Shown piece by piece: positions 1 to 8,885 of a DNA stretch of 44,323 nucleotides (the stretch's first letter is position 1; each line of letters begins with the position of its first letter). Location of the stretch: positions 1 through 44,323 of the forward strand of contig CAJKWP010000002.1 of assembly GCA_905203645.1 (NCBI GenBank), read 5' to 3'. The notes under the pieces are model-generated. The model made no database searches. It was given only the letters and a program-made list of their open reading frames with translations, and was not told where the DNA came from. The translations under genes and the position numbers were made by a program. This stretch comes from an uncultured Christensenella sp. Its GTDB lineage: Bacteria; Bacillota; Clostridia; Christensenellales; UBA1242.

Positions 1-95
1 CTGTGTCAAAATTCAATCCCCTCGCAGTGATTATCCGTACGTCCCCATCATTTCCATTGGCTCTACACCGTTGTCCTTTCGCCCGTGCGCATTAT
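1..95 (-). other. GC-rich non-coding segment, possibly the 5' part of a structured RNA or leader running off the left edge
   Basis: Clearly more GC-rich than its surroundings. All three minus-strand frames have stops; plus-strand frames 2 and 3 stay open across it but give implausible peptides. Just upstream on the minus strand, TATAAT-like boxes sit in an AT-rich stretch at ~100-125. Minus-strand reading is GCGCACGGGCGAAAGGACAACGGTGTAGAGCC...GGGGACGTACGGATAATCACTGCGAGGGGATTG. Family not identified. Confidence 0.2.
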
Positions 96-314
96 TATGT
101 ATTATATTATATAAATAATTTGTATAAGTATATAATCAACCTTACCCGCTTAACACTTGACATTGTAATCATATGGACAATGGTCTTACATGCTTGAAAC
201 ATTATATCAGTTGTCGGCAAATGTCACTCGACATCACCTGCCGATAACTTTCTACAATTTGACAAATTTGCACCTGTATAACTTTGAGTTATATCTTGTA
301 TAACAACTTGATAT

Positions 315-343
315 TTGACTTATATAACAATACAAAATATAAT
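315..343 (+). promoter_or_regulatory. sigma70-type promoter for the 351-aa ORF
   Basis: TTGACT (315-320), 17-nt spacer, TATAAT (338-343). The AAAGGAG RBS is at 352-358 and the ATG at 366. Confidence 0.6.
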
Positions 344-365
344 ACTTGTGCAAAGGAGTAAGAAA

Positions 366-1421
366 ATGTATACAGAAAATTATATTTATATTGACACAAC
401 TCAAAAAAACAAAATAAATGAAGAAGCGCGCGAAAAGTATTTTTTGTTGGACAGACAAAAACGTTGTATTGCAAAATACAAAAGATTGCAGAAATATTTT
501 GAAACCGTGGATTTTGACCACATTGACACCAAAGAGCAAAACAAACTTCTGTTGGCATATCTGTTTTGTCAACACGCTGGCATGTATCACAACTTTAAAC
601 CATTCGCACACTATGTGAATACAGATTATCTTGATCCCTATCAACAAATAAAAAACGTCACCTCATTTGACATTAAAAAATTTGCAAGTACATTGATGGG
701 AATGCAAGATTGCAAAGAAACCGATATTTGGCTTGACAAAACTTTTCTTGAAAAAGATTATGAAGTGTGCGATTATGAGCGAGATTATTATTATTTAATC
801 AAACGCATACTCGTACACGTTATTTGCCCATCTGGCTTTGACGACAAAAGAAAATATTCACAAAAAGAAATATTGGAATTGGCGCAATCAAAAAAAATAT
901 TTCTTTTGAGTCTTGAAAGATTTTCAAACAAAATATATTGCGACCTCTATCCATCAGGATGCTCTCAAATCAAATTCAAATCAGGCATCGCCAAAACGAC
1001 ACAAAAAATCACTCTTGCTGAAGAGTATACGAAAAATCCACGAACTATCACAATCCCTGCCGGAACACGCCTTGAAGAAAAAGAACTCGATTTAAACCAG
1101 TTCGAGTATTTTTGCAGTTGGAATAAAACACCAAGAAAAGACAAATTCAATACTTATCTTGAAAGTATACAACAAATTTATCCAAATTTTGTAACCGTAT
1201 ATTTGAAACAACTTGCAGAAGAACTTCCAAACGAAATTTTGGCAAGGACAAAGCAAGCAAAACAAAACCACATGCAAATCAAAACATTCATTGAAGAGAG
1301 TTATACAAAATACAAGGTTGCACTTGAAAGAGAATTAAACAAGGTTGAAGCAGACAAGCAAAAAGAACTTAACAAAGTTAAAACCGAACCAAAATACGAC
1401 GAATCAAAATTTGAATTTTGA
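366..1421 (+). CDS. hypothetical protein (351 aa)
   Basis: Long ORF. I chose the internal ATG at 366 because it is preceded by AAAGGAG. No motif recognised. Lys/Glu-rich coiled-coil-like C-terminus. Confidence 0.6.
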   Translation: MYTENYIYIDTTQKNKINEEAREKYFLLDRQKRCIAKYKRLQKYFETVDFDHIDTKEQNKLLLAYLFCQHAGMYHNFKPFAHYVNTDYLDPYQQIKNVTSFDIKKFASTLMGMQDCKETDIWLDKTFLEKDYEVCDYERDYYYLIKRILVHVICPSGFDDKRKYSQKEILELAQSKKIFLLSLERFSNKIYCDLYPSGCSQIKFKSGIAKTTQKITLAEEYTKNPRTITIPAGTRLEEKELDLNQFEYFCSWNKTPRKDKFNTYLESIQQIYPNFVTVYLKQLAEELPNEILARTKQAKQNHMQIKTFIEESYTKYKVALERELNKVEADKQKELNKVKTEPKYDESKFEF

Positions 1422-1470
1422 AACTTAAAGTCGATATTGCAATGCAAGCCACTCATTAAATCTTTGAAAC

Positions 1471-1507
1471 AAAAAAATCTGACAAGATAAAACTGTCAGA
1501 TTTTTTT
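1471..1507. terminator. bidirectional rho-independent terminator
   Basis: AAAAAAATCTGACA-loop-TGTCAGATTTTTTT between the convergent ORF 366..1421 and argS. Confidence 0.8.
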
Positions 1508-1518
1508 GGTGCAAATAT

Positions 1519-3189
1519 TTACATAGCGTCAACGACATTTATGCAAAGCAAATTGAGTGAAGTTTTGATTGCTTTGTTTATCATTGTGCAAAGAGCAATC
1601 TTTTGGCTTTCAAAATTTCCGCCAACGATTTTTTCTTTGTTGTAGTATTGATTGAAAAGTGAGCAGATATGAAGCACTTTGCGTGCAATTATGCTTGGTT
1701 CACTGCCCAAAAATGCGTTGTAAATACAGTTTTTCAAATCTTGCAAATCTTTCAAAAGCTCATAAGCGATGTCGTCGGAATATATATCAAAATTTTGATA
1801 ATCTGCAACACATCCGCTTTTTTTGATAACGCTCAAAATACGTGCGTAAGTATATTGGATATATGGTGCGGTTTCACCGTCAAACGAAATTGCCGTTTGC
1901 AAATCAAAAACTTTGTCTTTTGTGGTTTCAACCTTGAAAATAGAAAATGCCATTGCGCCTTGTGCGATAGTTTCGGCAACCTTGTCCATTTGTTCGGGTT
2001 CAAATCCCCTGTCTTTTATAATATCCAATGCTTTTTGTTTCGCTTCCGCCAAAATATCTTCCAAAACTGCTTGTTTTCCTTTACGGCTGGCGATTTTTCC
2101 TTCGGGAGTTGAGAACATTCCATAACCTACGTGAAGCAACTTGTCGCTGTAAGGCTTGTTCAAAAGTTTGCAAAGTGTGAACAGTTTTTCAAAGTGACTG
2201 TCTTGCTGAACAGCGGTTATATAAACAAGTTTGTCAAAGTTGTATCTTTCAAAGCGGTCTTCAACCGCCGCCAAATCTCTTGTTATATACAAACTTCCGC
2301 CGTCACTGCGTTCAACAACGCAAATGCCAAGTCCCATGTCAGAAAGGTCAACGATTTTTGCGCCTTCGCTTTGTTTTAAAAGTCCAGCATTTTCAAGTTC
2401 GTCTTTGACATTTTTCATTTTGTCGTTGTAATAACTTTCACCACGCCAATCATCAAATTTGATGCCAAGTCTTGAAATTATATCTTCGACTTTTTGTTTT
2501 GAAATTTGGATAAACCATTGATAAATTTGATAATCTTCGCCCTGTTTGTCTTCGATATTTTTTGACGCTTGACGAGCAAGGGTCATAAGTTCGTCGTTTT
2601 CTTCCCTGTTGAATTTTACATAAAGGTTTTGTATTTCGTCAATGCCGTTTTGTTCAACCTTTTGCTTGTCGCCCCAAAGTTTGTATGCAACAACCATTTT
2701 CCCAAATGGAGTTCCATAGTCACCGATGTAGTTTATACGCACAACGTCATAGCCAAAAAACTCGTACATTCTTGCAATGCTTTCGCCCAAAATTGTGCAG
2801 TTGTAATGACCGATGTGCATAAACTTTGCAAGGTTCACAGACGAATATTCCACACACGCCTTTTTGCCTTGACCAATATTTTGGTGATAAAAATCATTTT
2901 TTGAAAGGTTTGGCATCAAATCTTCGCAAAAATATTTGCGGTCAAAATAGATATTCAAATATCCATTGATTGCTTCGGTTTTTTCAACAAATGGCAGTTC
3001 TTGCAAATCTTGCCCCAGGTCTTGTGCAATCATTTGTGGTGCCTTTTTCAAAACTTTTGCAAAGTTGAAACATGGCAATGCCAAGTCACCCATTTGTGTG
3101 GATGGTGGTGCTGAAAAACAGGTTTCAATTTGTTCGGGCGAGATGCCTTCTATTTTTATTCTTTTTGCTATTTCTTTTTTAAAATCCAT
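1519..3189 (-). CDS. argS: arginine--tRNA ligase
   Basis: 556 aa. HIGH region AKFMHIGHYNCTILGE and C-terminal APYIQYTYARI (DALR-type anticodon-binding signature). The start lies 3 nt after the metG stop, with its RBS inside the end of metG. Confidence 0.9.
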   Translation of the reverse strand: MDFKKEIAKRIKIEGISPEQIETCFSAPPSTQMGDLALPCFNFAKVLKKAPQMIAQDLGQDLQELPFVEKTEAINGYLNIYFDRKYFCEDLMPNLSKNDFYHQNIGQGKKACVEYSSVNLAKFMHIGHYNCTILGESIARMYEFFGYDVVRINYIGDYGTPFGKMVVAYKLWGDKQKVEQNGIDEIQNLYVKFNREENDELMTLARQASKNIEDKQGEDYQIYQWFIQISKQKVEDIISRLGIKFDDWRGESYYNDKMKNVKDELENAGLLKQSEGAKIVDLSDMGLGICVVERSDGGSLYITRDLAAVEDRFERYNFDKLVYITAVQQDSHFEKLFTLCKLLNKPYSDKLLHVGYGMFSTPEGKIASRKGKQAVLEDILAEAKQKALDIIKDRGFEPEQMDKVAETIAQGAMAFSIFKVETTKDKVFDLQTAISFDGETAPYIQYTYARILSVIKKSGCVADYQNFDIYSDDIAYELLKDLQDLKNCIYNAFLGSEPSIIARKVLHICSLFNQYYNKEKIVGGNFESQKIALCTMINKAIKTSLNLLCINVVDAM

Positions 3190-3191
3190 AA

Positions 3192-4763
3192 TTATCCTTT
3201 TGTTTCGCTTGCAATTTTTGCAAGTTTTTCCATTTCAGCTGGGATATCAAGTCTTGGGAAAAGTGGAGCAAGTTCGCCAAGAGTAACTTTTTCCAGTATG
3301 TCAAATTGTTTTATTTTGTCCAATGTTATGTTTTGTCCAAACACGTTCAAAACTTTTTGAGTGCATTCTGGCAAAAATGCTTGCAAAAGCACTGTTCCCA
3401 AATATATTGCGTCAAGAAGATTGTACAAAACAGTTGCAAGTTGTGCTGTATTTTGGTCTTTGAAAAGTTGCCATGGCATACTTTGGTCGATGTATTTGTT
3501 TGCACGAACAAATATTGCAAAAATTTCTTCCAAGGCTTTGCTTACGTTGAAGTCTTGCATAAAAGCAAGTGTATTTTCAAAGCGTTCAAAGCAATAATCT
3601 TCAAATTGTTTGTCTTGTTCGGTTTGCACGCTCTTTTGTGGAACCACGCCATCAAAATATTTTTTTGTCATAGCAAGTGTACGGTTTATCAAATTGCCAT
3701 AATCGTTGCAAAGATCAGAATTGAACCTTGTCAAAAACTTTTCGGTTGTATAAACGCCGTCACTTCCAAATGGAATTTCACGAAGCAAAATGTATCTGAC
3801 TGGGTCAGCGCCATACAAGTCAATCAAAATGCGTGGGTCAAGTACTTCGGTGTTGTTTGTTTCCTTGCTTTTGCTGAGTTTGTCACCGCCAAACAAAAGC
3901 CATCCGTGTCCAAACAGTCTTTTTGGCAAAGGAAGATTCAATGCCATCAAAATTGCTGGCCAGATAATTGCGTGAAATCTTACAATTTCCTTGCCCATGA
4001 TTTGCACGTCTGCGGGCCAAAAATCCATCAATTTTTCGTCACCATTGTATCCAAGTGCGGTAAGATAGTTTAAAAGTGCGTCAATCCAAACGTAAACCGT
4101 GTGGTTTGGGTCAAAGTCAACTTTTACGCCCCATTTCACGCTTGTACGTGACACGCACAAATCTTGAAGACCAGGTTTTATAAAGTTGTTGACCATTTCA
4201 TTTACACGACTGGTTGGCAACAAAAATTCGGGGTTTTGTTTGTACAAATCCAAAAGTTTGTCGGCAAATTGACTGAGTTTGAAAAAGTACGCTTCTTCGG
4301 TTTGTTTTGTTACTTCCCTTCCACAATCTGGGCATTTGCCGTCGACAAGTTGTGCATCCGTCCAAAAAGATTCGCATGGCAAACAATAATTTCCAACGTA
4401 TTGTCCTTTGTAAATATATCCGTCATCATACAATTTTTTGAATGCGATTTGAACAGCCCTTTCATGCTCTGGTTCGGTGGTTCGGATAAATCTGTCATAA
4501 CTTATGTCAAGTTTTTTCCAAAGTGCTTTGCTGTCGGCAATCATCTCGTCCAGATATTGCATTTCGGTTTTTCCAACACTTTCGGCTTTTTTGGCGATTT
4601 TTTGACCATGTTCATCTGTTCCCGTCAAAAAGAAAACGTTTTTTCCCAAAGCACGATTGTGCCTTGCGATAGCGTCACAAATAACTGTTGTATAACAATT
4701 TCCCAATGTAAATTTGTTGCTTGGGTAATAAATTGGTGTTGTGATATAAAATTTGTTGTCCAT
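3192..4763 (-). CDS. metG: methionine--tRNA ligase (short form, non-canonical HIGH motif)
   Basis: FYITTPIYYPS..., TGTDEHGQKI, zinc knuckles CLPC...CPDCG, and KLSKSK (KMSKS). Start moved to ATG 4763 (MDNKFY), which has a GGAG RBS. The HIGH position reads TLGN. Confidence 0.88.
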   Translation of the reverse strand: MDNKFYITTPIYYPSNKFTLGNCYTTVICDAIARHNRALGKNVFFLTGTDEHGQKIAKKAESVGKTEMQYLDEMIADSKALWKKLDISYDRFIRTTEPEHERAVQIAFKKLYDDGYIYKGQYVGNYCLPCESFWTDAQLVDGKCPDCGREVTKQTEEAYFFKLSQFADKLLDLYKQNPEFLLPTSRVNEMVNNFIKPGLQDLCVSRTSVKWGVKVDFDPNHTVYVWIDALLNYLTALGYNGDEKLMDFWPADVQIMGKEIVRFHAIIWPAILMALNLPLPKRLFGHGWLLFGGDKLSKSKETNNTEVLDPRILIDLYGADPVRYILLREIPFGSDGVYTTEKFLTRFNSDLCNDYGNLINRTLAMTKKYFDGVVPQKSVQTEQDKQFEDYCFERFENTLAFMQDFNVSKALEEIFAIFVRANKYIDQSMPWQLFKDQNTAQLATVLYNLLDAIYLGTVLLQAFLPECTQKVLNVFGQNITLDKIKQFDILEKVTLGELAPLFPRLDIPAEMEKLAKIASETKG

Positions 4764-4852
4764 AAAATTTACTCCGTTTTGATAAGGATAACATCTTTGA
4801 TTGTTCAAAGTCAATTTATTACAAAAAAACACTGAAATTTCAGTGCTTTTTG

Positions 4853-6559
4853 TTACATATTTTGTGTATCTTCCGCCTGCAATTTTTTCGTTTTGCGTTT
4901 TGGAGTAATTTTTTGGACTATTTTTTCGAGCAAAACGTCTTCTATGCCTTCAAAATGTCCGTATGCGCCATTTGGTTCAATTGATGCAGTTGGCAGATGT
5001 GTTTGATTGTTGTATTCAACTTCTGCAATATTTTTTGAAAGGTCGCATTCGGGTTTGTTTTCTTGACAAACAAAGACAATATTTCCGTTTTTGATTTGTC
5101 GTTCAATTCTCTTCATAATCTTTTCGGCTGTTTCATATTCGCTCACGCTTTCGATTTTCAGTAATTTGGGATATGAAGAATTGACTACTGCGATATATTT
5201 CAAACTTTCGTGCTCAACGTCAATCCACTTGCCCATCCTTTCGATGGGTTTTATATTTTGCATATCTGGCACGTAAACTGTGTCAATTTTCCAAAAGGTT
5301 TCGGGATATTTTTGTTGCAAGAACGACCTTATTGTTTTTGCCACAACATCACCTTCAAGTGCCATGTTTTGCGCAACCTTGTCTTGGTGTATATACAGTT
5401 TGTCGTTTACACTTTGAACAACAGCCATATCCAAAAGTTTGATTTTTTCTTCAATCCTGCTGTTTTGTTCTTCCAATTCTTTCCACTTTTGGTCGTCGTC
5501 CAAAAATCTGTTGAATGGGTCAGCGTTGGTTGGAACATATCTGCGTTTTGCACAAAGGCTTTCACGATATTTTTCAACTATTTCGGTTTTCTTTTCCAAA
5601 AGTTCACTGCGAAGTTGCATTTTTTCAAAGTTGTTTTTTCCACGCATGAGTTTTGCGTACTTTTTGTCAAGCAAGTCAAAATATTTGTAAAGAGTTGGAA
5701 ATGCTTGTCTTTTGAACGCTTCGCTGTATTTTGTTTTTTCACGTTGGATTTGTTGTTTGTAACTTGGATAAACGTATTCTTCTTCTTGTTCTTTTTGCAG
5801 TTTTGAATTTTCGATTTTTTCAAGCAATTTTACTTTTTCGGCAATCAAATCGTCCACAGCGAAAAGTTTGCTTTTTATATAAGGCTCCATAAAATATACT
5901 TGCCTTAAATTTGTGTAATTGATTTTGTAGTACATTTCAATTTCGTTTTTGATTGCTGAGATGTTTTTGTCTTTGAAAAAGGTTGCAGGGATTTGTTTAA
6001 GATATGCTGGATGAATTGCGATTATTGCAAGCACGTCCTTTATTGTTCTTATTTTTGATTGGTCCAAAAGATAAATGCCAAATTTGTTTACAAAATTTAC
6101 AACTGCTACATAATCATTTTTGACAAGTTTTGCCCTGCCCGTGCCAAGCACTTCTTCTTTCAGGTCAACAGTTTCAAACCTTGATACTTCGGGACACATT
6201 TCTTCTTCGGATCCAAACGCAACAAACTTGTCAGAGATAACTTTGCCACTTGGCAACACAAAACAAAATGTGCCATCGTTGTTATTCAGCCTTGCAAGTT
6301 TTTCATAAAAATAATTTTGATATATTTGCATTCTTTTTGCTTTTGTTTGTGGATTGGCAACAATTTGGTCAAGCAATCTTTGATTGAGCATAACATCACG
6401 ATTTATGTCCTTGAAAAACGCAAAGTCTTGTTCATATATATTGTCTTGAAAAATATTTAAAAAATCGGCGCATTGATAATACTTGTAAAAATATTTTTTG
6501 ATAAGTTTTGAATGTTCTTTGAGTCTTGATACGTATTCGGGTTCGTTGTGATTTTTCAT
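4853..6559 (-). CDS. hypothetical protein (568 aa)
   Basis: Long ORF with AAAGGAG 7 nt before the ATG. Central Lys/Glu-rich helical region. No catalytic motif recognised. Confidence 0.6.
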   Translation of the reverse strand: MKNHNEPEYVSRLKEHSKLIKKYFYKYYQCADFLNIFQDNIYEQDFAFFKDINRDVMLNQRLLDQIVANPQTKAKRMQIYQNYFYEKLARLNNNDGTFCFVLPSGKVISDKFVAFGSEEEMCPEVSRFETVDLKEEVLGTGRAKLVKNDYVAVVNFVNKFGIYLLDQSKIRTIKDVLAIIAIHPAYLKQIPATFFKDKNISAIKNEIEMYYKINYTNLRQVYFMEPYIKSKLFAVDDLIAEKVKLLEKIENSKLQKEQEEEYVYPSYKQQIQREKTKYSEAFKRQAFPTLYKYFDLLDKKYAKLMRGKNNFEKMQLRSELLEKKTEIVEKYRESLCAKRRYVPTNADPFNRFLDDDQKWKELEEQNSRIEEKIKLLDMAVVQSVNDKLYIHQDKVAQNMALEGDVVAKTIRSFLQQKYPETFWKIDTVYVPDMQNIKPIERMGKWIDVEHESLKYIAVVNSSYPKLLKIESVSEYETAEKIMKRIERQIKNGNIVFVCQENKPECDLSKNIAEVEYNNQTHLPTASIEPNGAYGHFEGIEDVLLEKIVQKITPKRKTKKLQAEDTQNM

Positions 6560-6581
6560 ATTTCTCCTTTAACAGGCTTTG

Positions 6582-6617
6582 AAAACGCCGAAAACAATCA
6601 AAAATTCTTTTCGGCGT
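6582..6617 (-). terminator. rho-independent terminator after the 105-aa ORF
   Basis: ACGCCGAAAA-loop-TTTTCGGCGT hairpin with a short T-run on the minus strand. Confidence 0.55.
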
Positions 6618-6636
6618 CAATTTGTTTTAATATTTT

Positions 6637-6954
6637 TTAAAATTCAAAATCATCTTTGTCGTTTTCCAAAAGTTTTCCATTGATTTTTGTTTCAATTTCA
6701 AAAACTTCATACTCAGAAAGCATATTTTTGTGTGGCAAAATGTCTGGATATTTTTTGAGCAAATTGTACACATTTTCACATCCAATTTGGTCGGTGTCAC
6801 AATCTGACGAATGAGGCATCTCTTGTCCTGTTACAACGTTGAAAAATTCGTTGTCTTTCAAAATAAAGATTGATTTGTACAATCTTTTGTTGTAGGTTTC
6901 TCCAACCCTTACAACATCTGCTACAAAAAGTTTGTCAATTTGATATTTCTTCAT
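6637..6954 (-). CDS. hypothetical small protein (105 aa)
   Basis: ORF trimmed to ATG 6954 (MKKYQIDKL), which is preceded by AAAGGAGATAAAAAAA. Confidence 0.5.
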   Translation of the reverse strand: MKKYQIDKLFVADVVRVGETYNKRLYKSIFILKDNEFFNVVTGQEMPHSSDCDTDQIGCENVYNLLKKYPDILPHKNMLSEYEVFEIETKINGKLLENDKDDFEF

Positions 6955-7187
6955 TTTTTTTATCTCCTTTGATTTCTTGTGATTATGATAGCATAAAAAA
7001 AAGCAAATTTCAATACCCAAATATGCAAAATTTGTGCCTTTTTGACCATAAAAACAAAATTTGATATCAATTTACTTGCTGGAAAGTCGTTTTTGACAAA
7101 TATCTTGTGTTTTTTTGAAAAAAATGTTAATATATTAAAAGTGATACAAAAGTATCCAAACAAATGACAAAGCGCCCTTCATTTTGT

Positions 7188-7264
7188 CTGGGTGTGGCGC
7201 AGTTCGGTAGCGCGCTTGAATGGGGTTCAAGAGGCCGGAAGTTCAAATCTTCTCACTCAGACCA
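7188..7264 (+). tRNA. tRNA-Pro (anticodon GGG)
   Basis: Cloverleaf folded by hand. Acceptor CTGGGTG/CACTCAG, D arm GCGC/GCGC, anticodon stem CTTGA/TCAAG with loop ATGGGGT (GGG at 7222-7224), T loop TTCAAAT, and an encoded CCA. Confidence 0.85.
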
Positions 7265-7271
7265 ATTTTGC

Positions 7272-7321
7272 AAAAAACCTTTTGAATACGTCACAAGGCA
7301 AATTTTTCAAAAGGTTTTTTT
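7272..7321. terminator. bidirectional terminator (tRNA-Pro / glycosyltransferase)
   Basis: AAAAAACCTTTTGAA-19 nt loop-TTCAAAAGGTTTTTT. Confidence 0.6.
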
Positions 7322-7335
7322 GTTTATGCAAATAT

Positions 7336-8406
7336 TCAATCAAAGAACTTTTGGTTGTACAAAACCTGCTTGCGGTCGGGATAAAATTTTTTGAGTTTTT
7401 GATGATACACGTACGCACTTTGCAAATCACCTACATGATAGTACAGGCAAACAAGTTGCAAATATGGAACAAAATAATAATATTCCATATCCACAAAATT
7501 GCCACATTCAAGATCTGCATCAATGGTGGTTGCAAACTTGTAAAAATTTATTGCTTGCGTGTATTTTTGTTGGTCGAAATATATTTGACCGACAAGGCAC
7601 AAGGTTTCGGAACTGGGCTGAAAGTTTTTGATTATTTCAAACAACATATCCAGTGCTTTTTGGTCTTGTTGCAAAAAGTAAAAACATCTTGCAATCGTAT
7701 ACATGGCATCAATTTGATTTGGCAAAAACTTGTTTGGCATCTTCAAATATTTTTTCAAATTTTTTATCGCACTTTTGTATTTGCCCAAATAAAAATATTC
7801 TTTTGCAAAATAATATTGACTGCGTGTATCAAATATCTCACCCGCCCTTTTGTGCGTCAAATATATTTTTAAATTTCGCTTTGGGTCAGAAGAAGACAAC
7901 TTTTTGTGCCAAACTTCAAAATCTTCAAAAATTATCTTTCCACTGGGAACAATGACTTCGTGCACAAACCCTTGCCAAAAAAACTTTCCACGTTTCAATA
8001 TTCTTTCACGAAAATATGAATAATTTGGTTTGTCATTTTCGTCAAAGCCAATCACGTACTTTGCCATAACAACGTCTACGCCACAAAGCCTTGGTTTCAG
8101 ACTTGCTATTTTTTTTGCGTTGGCGTCAGATATAACGTCGTCGGCATCAACCCACATTACATAATCGCAAGTGGCTTTTTCAAATGCAAAGTTGCGTGCT
8201 TTTGAAAAATCGTTGCACCAAACAAAATCAAAAACCTTGTCGGTGTATTTTTGTGCAAGCGTTTTTGTTTTGTCGGTCGAACCCGTGTCAACGACAACTA
8301 TTTCGTCAGCAAACCTTTTGACACAATCAAGGCATCTTTCAATGACCTTTTCTTCATTTTTTACAATCAAACAAACCGAAAGTTTCATCGTATCTTTATA
8401 TGGCAT
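7336..8406 (-). CDS. family-2 glycosyltransferase with C-terminal TPR-like helical repeats
   Basis: KLSVCLIVKNEEKVIERCLDCVKRFADEIVVVDTGSTDKT...WVDADD (GT-A fold, DxD), then TPR-like repeats (YYFAKEYFYLGKYKSAIKNLKKYL...). The start is uncertain (8406 or 8388, no clear RBS). The 5' 146 codons of the 502-aa track ORF are rejected. Confidence 0.75.
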   Translation of the reverse strand: MPYKDTMKLSVCLIVKNEEKVIERCLDCVKRFADEIVVVDTGSTDKTKTLAQKYTDKVFDFVWCNDFSKARNFAFEKATCDYVMWVDADDVISDANAKKIASLKPRLCGVDVVMAKYVIGFDENDKPNYSYFRERILKRGKFFWQGFVHEVIVPSGKIIFEDFEVWHKKLSSSDPKRNLKIYLTHKRAGEIFDTRSQYYFAKEYFYLGKYKSAIKNLKKYLKMPNKFLPNQIDAMYTIARCFYFLQQDQKALDMLFEIIKNFQPSSETLCLVGQIYFDQQKYTQAINFYKFATTIDADLECGNFVDMEYYYFVPYLQLVCLYYHVGDLQSAYVYHQKLKKFYPDRKQVLYNQKFFD

Positions 8407-8462
8407 TTGTGGGCAAAAACGTGACAAAATATTTTTGTTTTTTTGAATTTTGTTGTATACTC

Positions 8463-8484
8463 TTGTTGTCACAATTGTGAACAA
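8463..8484. promoter_or_regulatory. palindromic operator candidate in front of the desulfoferrodoxin gene
   Basis: TTGTTGTCACAATTGTGAACAA has a perfect 12-bp core, TCACAATTGTGA (8469-8480), and abuts the RBS at 8485-8490. Confidence 0.4.
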
Positions 8485-8496
8485 AAGGAGATTTTT

Positions 8497-8871
8497 ATGG
8501 AACTTTACAGATGTACAAAATGTGGCGCAATGACTCAAACATTCAAGCCTTGCAAGTGCCACGACTGTGGGATAAAATCGACTTGTTGCGGTCAGCCAAT
8601 GACAAAACAAATCGAAAACACAAACGACGGAGCGGTCGAAAAGCATAAACCCGTTGTTGAAATTTGCGGAAGTTATATCGTTGTAACCGTAAATCACGTT
8701 ATGGAGCCAGACCATTACATCGAATGGATAGCATACGAAAGCGACAGCACCTTTGGCAAAAAGCAACTCTTGCCAAATCAAAAAGCAATTGCTATCTTTC
8801 CTTATCAAAAAAACAGCAAAGTATACGCTTTTTGCAACAAACACGGTCTTTGGTCAACTATTGTTGAATAA
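8497..8871 (+). CDS. dfx: desulfoferrodoxin / superoxide reductase
   Basis: N-terminal Cys-rich domain (CTKCG...CCGQPM). Centre II ligands EKHKP, HVMEPDHYIEW and CNKHGLW. AAGGAG RBS; start trimmed to MELYRC. Confidence 0.85.
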   Translation: MELYRCTKCGAMTQTFKPCKCHDCGIKSTCCGQPMTKQIENTNDGAVEKHKPVVEICGSYIVVTVNHVMEPDHYIEWIAYESDSTFGKKQLLPNQKAIAIFPYQKNSKVYAFCNKHGLWSTIVE

Positions 8872-8885
8872 TCCAAAACAAAAAA

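Noticed and set aside
3306-4835. Long antisense ORFs within metG (3306..4073 +, 4164..4835 +), and similar ones inside argS, valS, glnS and the ATPase gene
   Set aside because: They are antisense to genes with unmistakable conserved motifs. Their translations are Phe/Lys/Cys-rich and they have no RBS.
4764-4852. T-box leaders upstream of the four aminoacyl-tRNA synthetase genes (also 30949-31183 and 34718-34767)
   Set aside because: The metG and valS leaders are too short (about 90 and 45 nt). The 235-nt region upstream of glnS lacks the conserved T-box sequence (no ...GGTGGTACCGCG-like element on the minus strand) and any specifier-loop architecture I could recognise.
8407-8844. N-terminal 146 codons of the 502-aa track ORF (glycosyltransferase), overlapping dfx on the opposite strand
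   Set aside because: The GT-A domain starts at MPYKDTMKLSVCLIVKNEE. The upstream part is hydrophobic nonsense that overlaps a well-supported dfx gene with its own RBS and conserved motifs.
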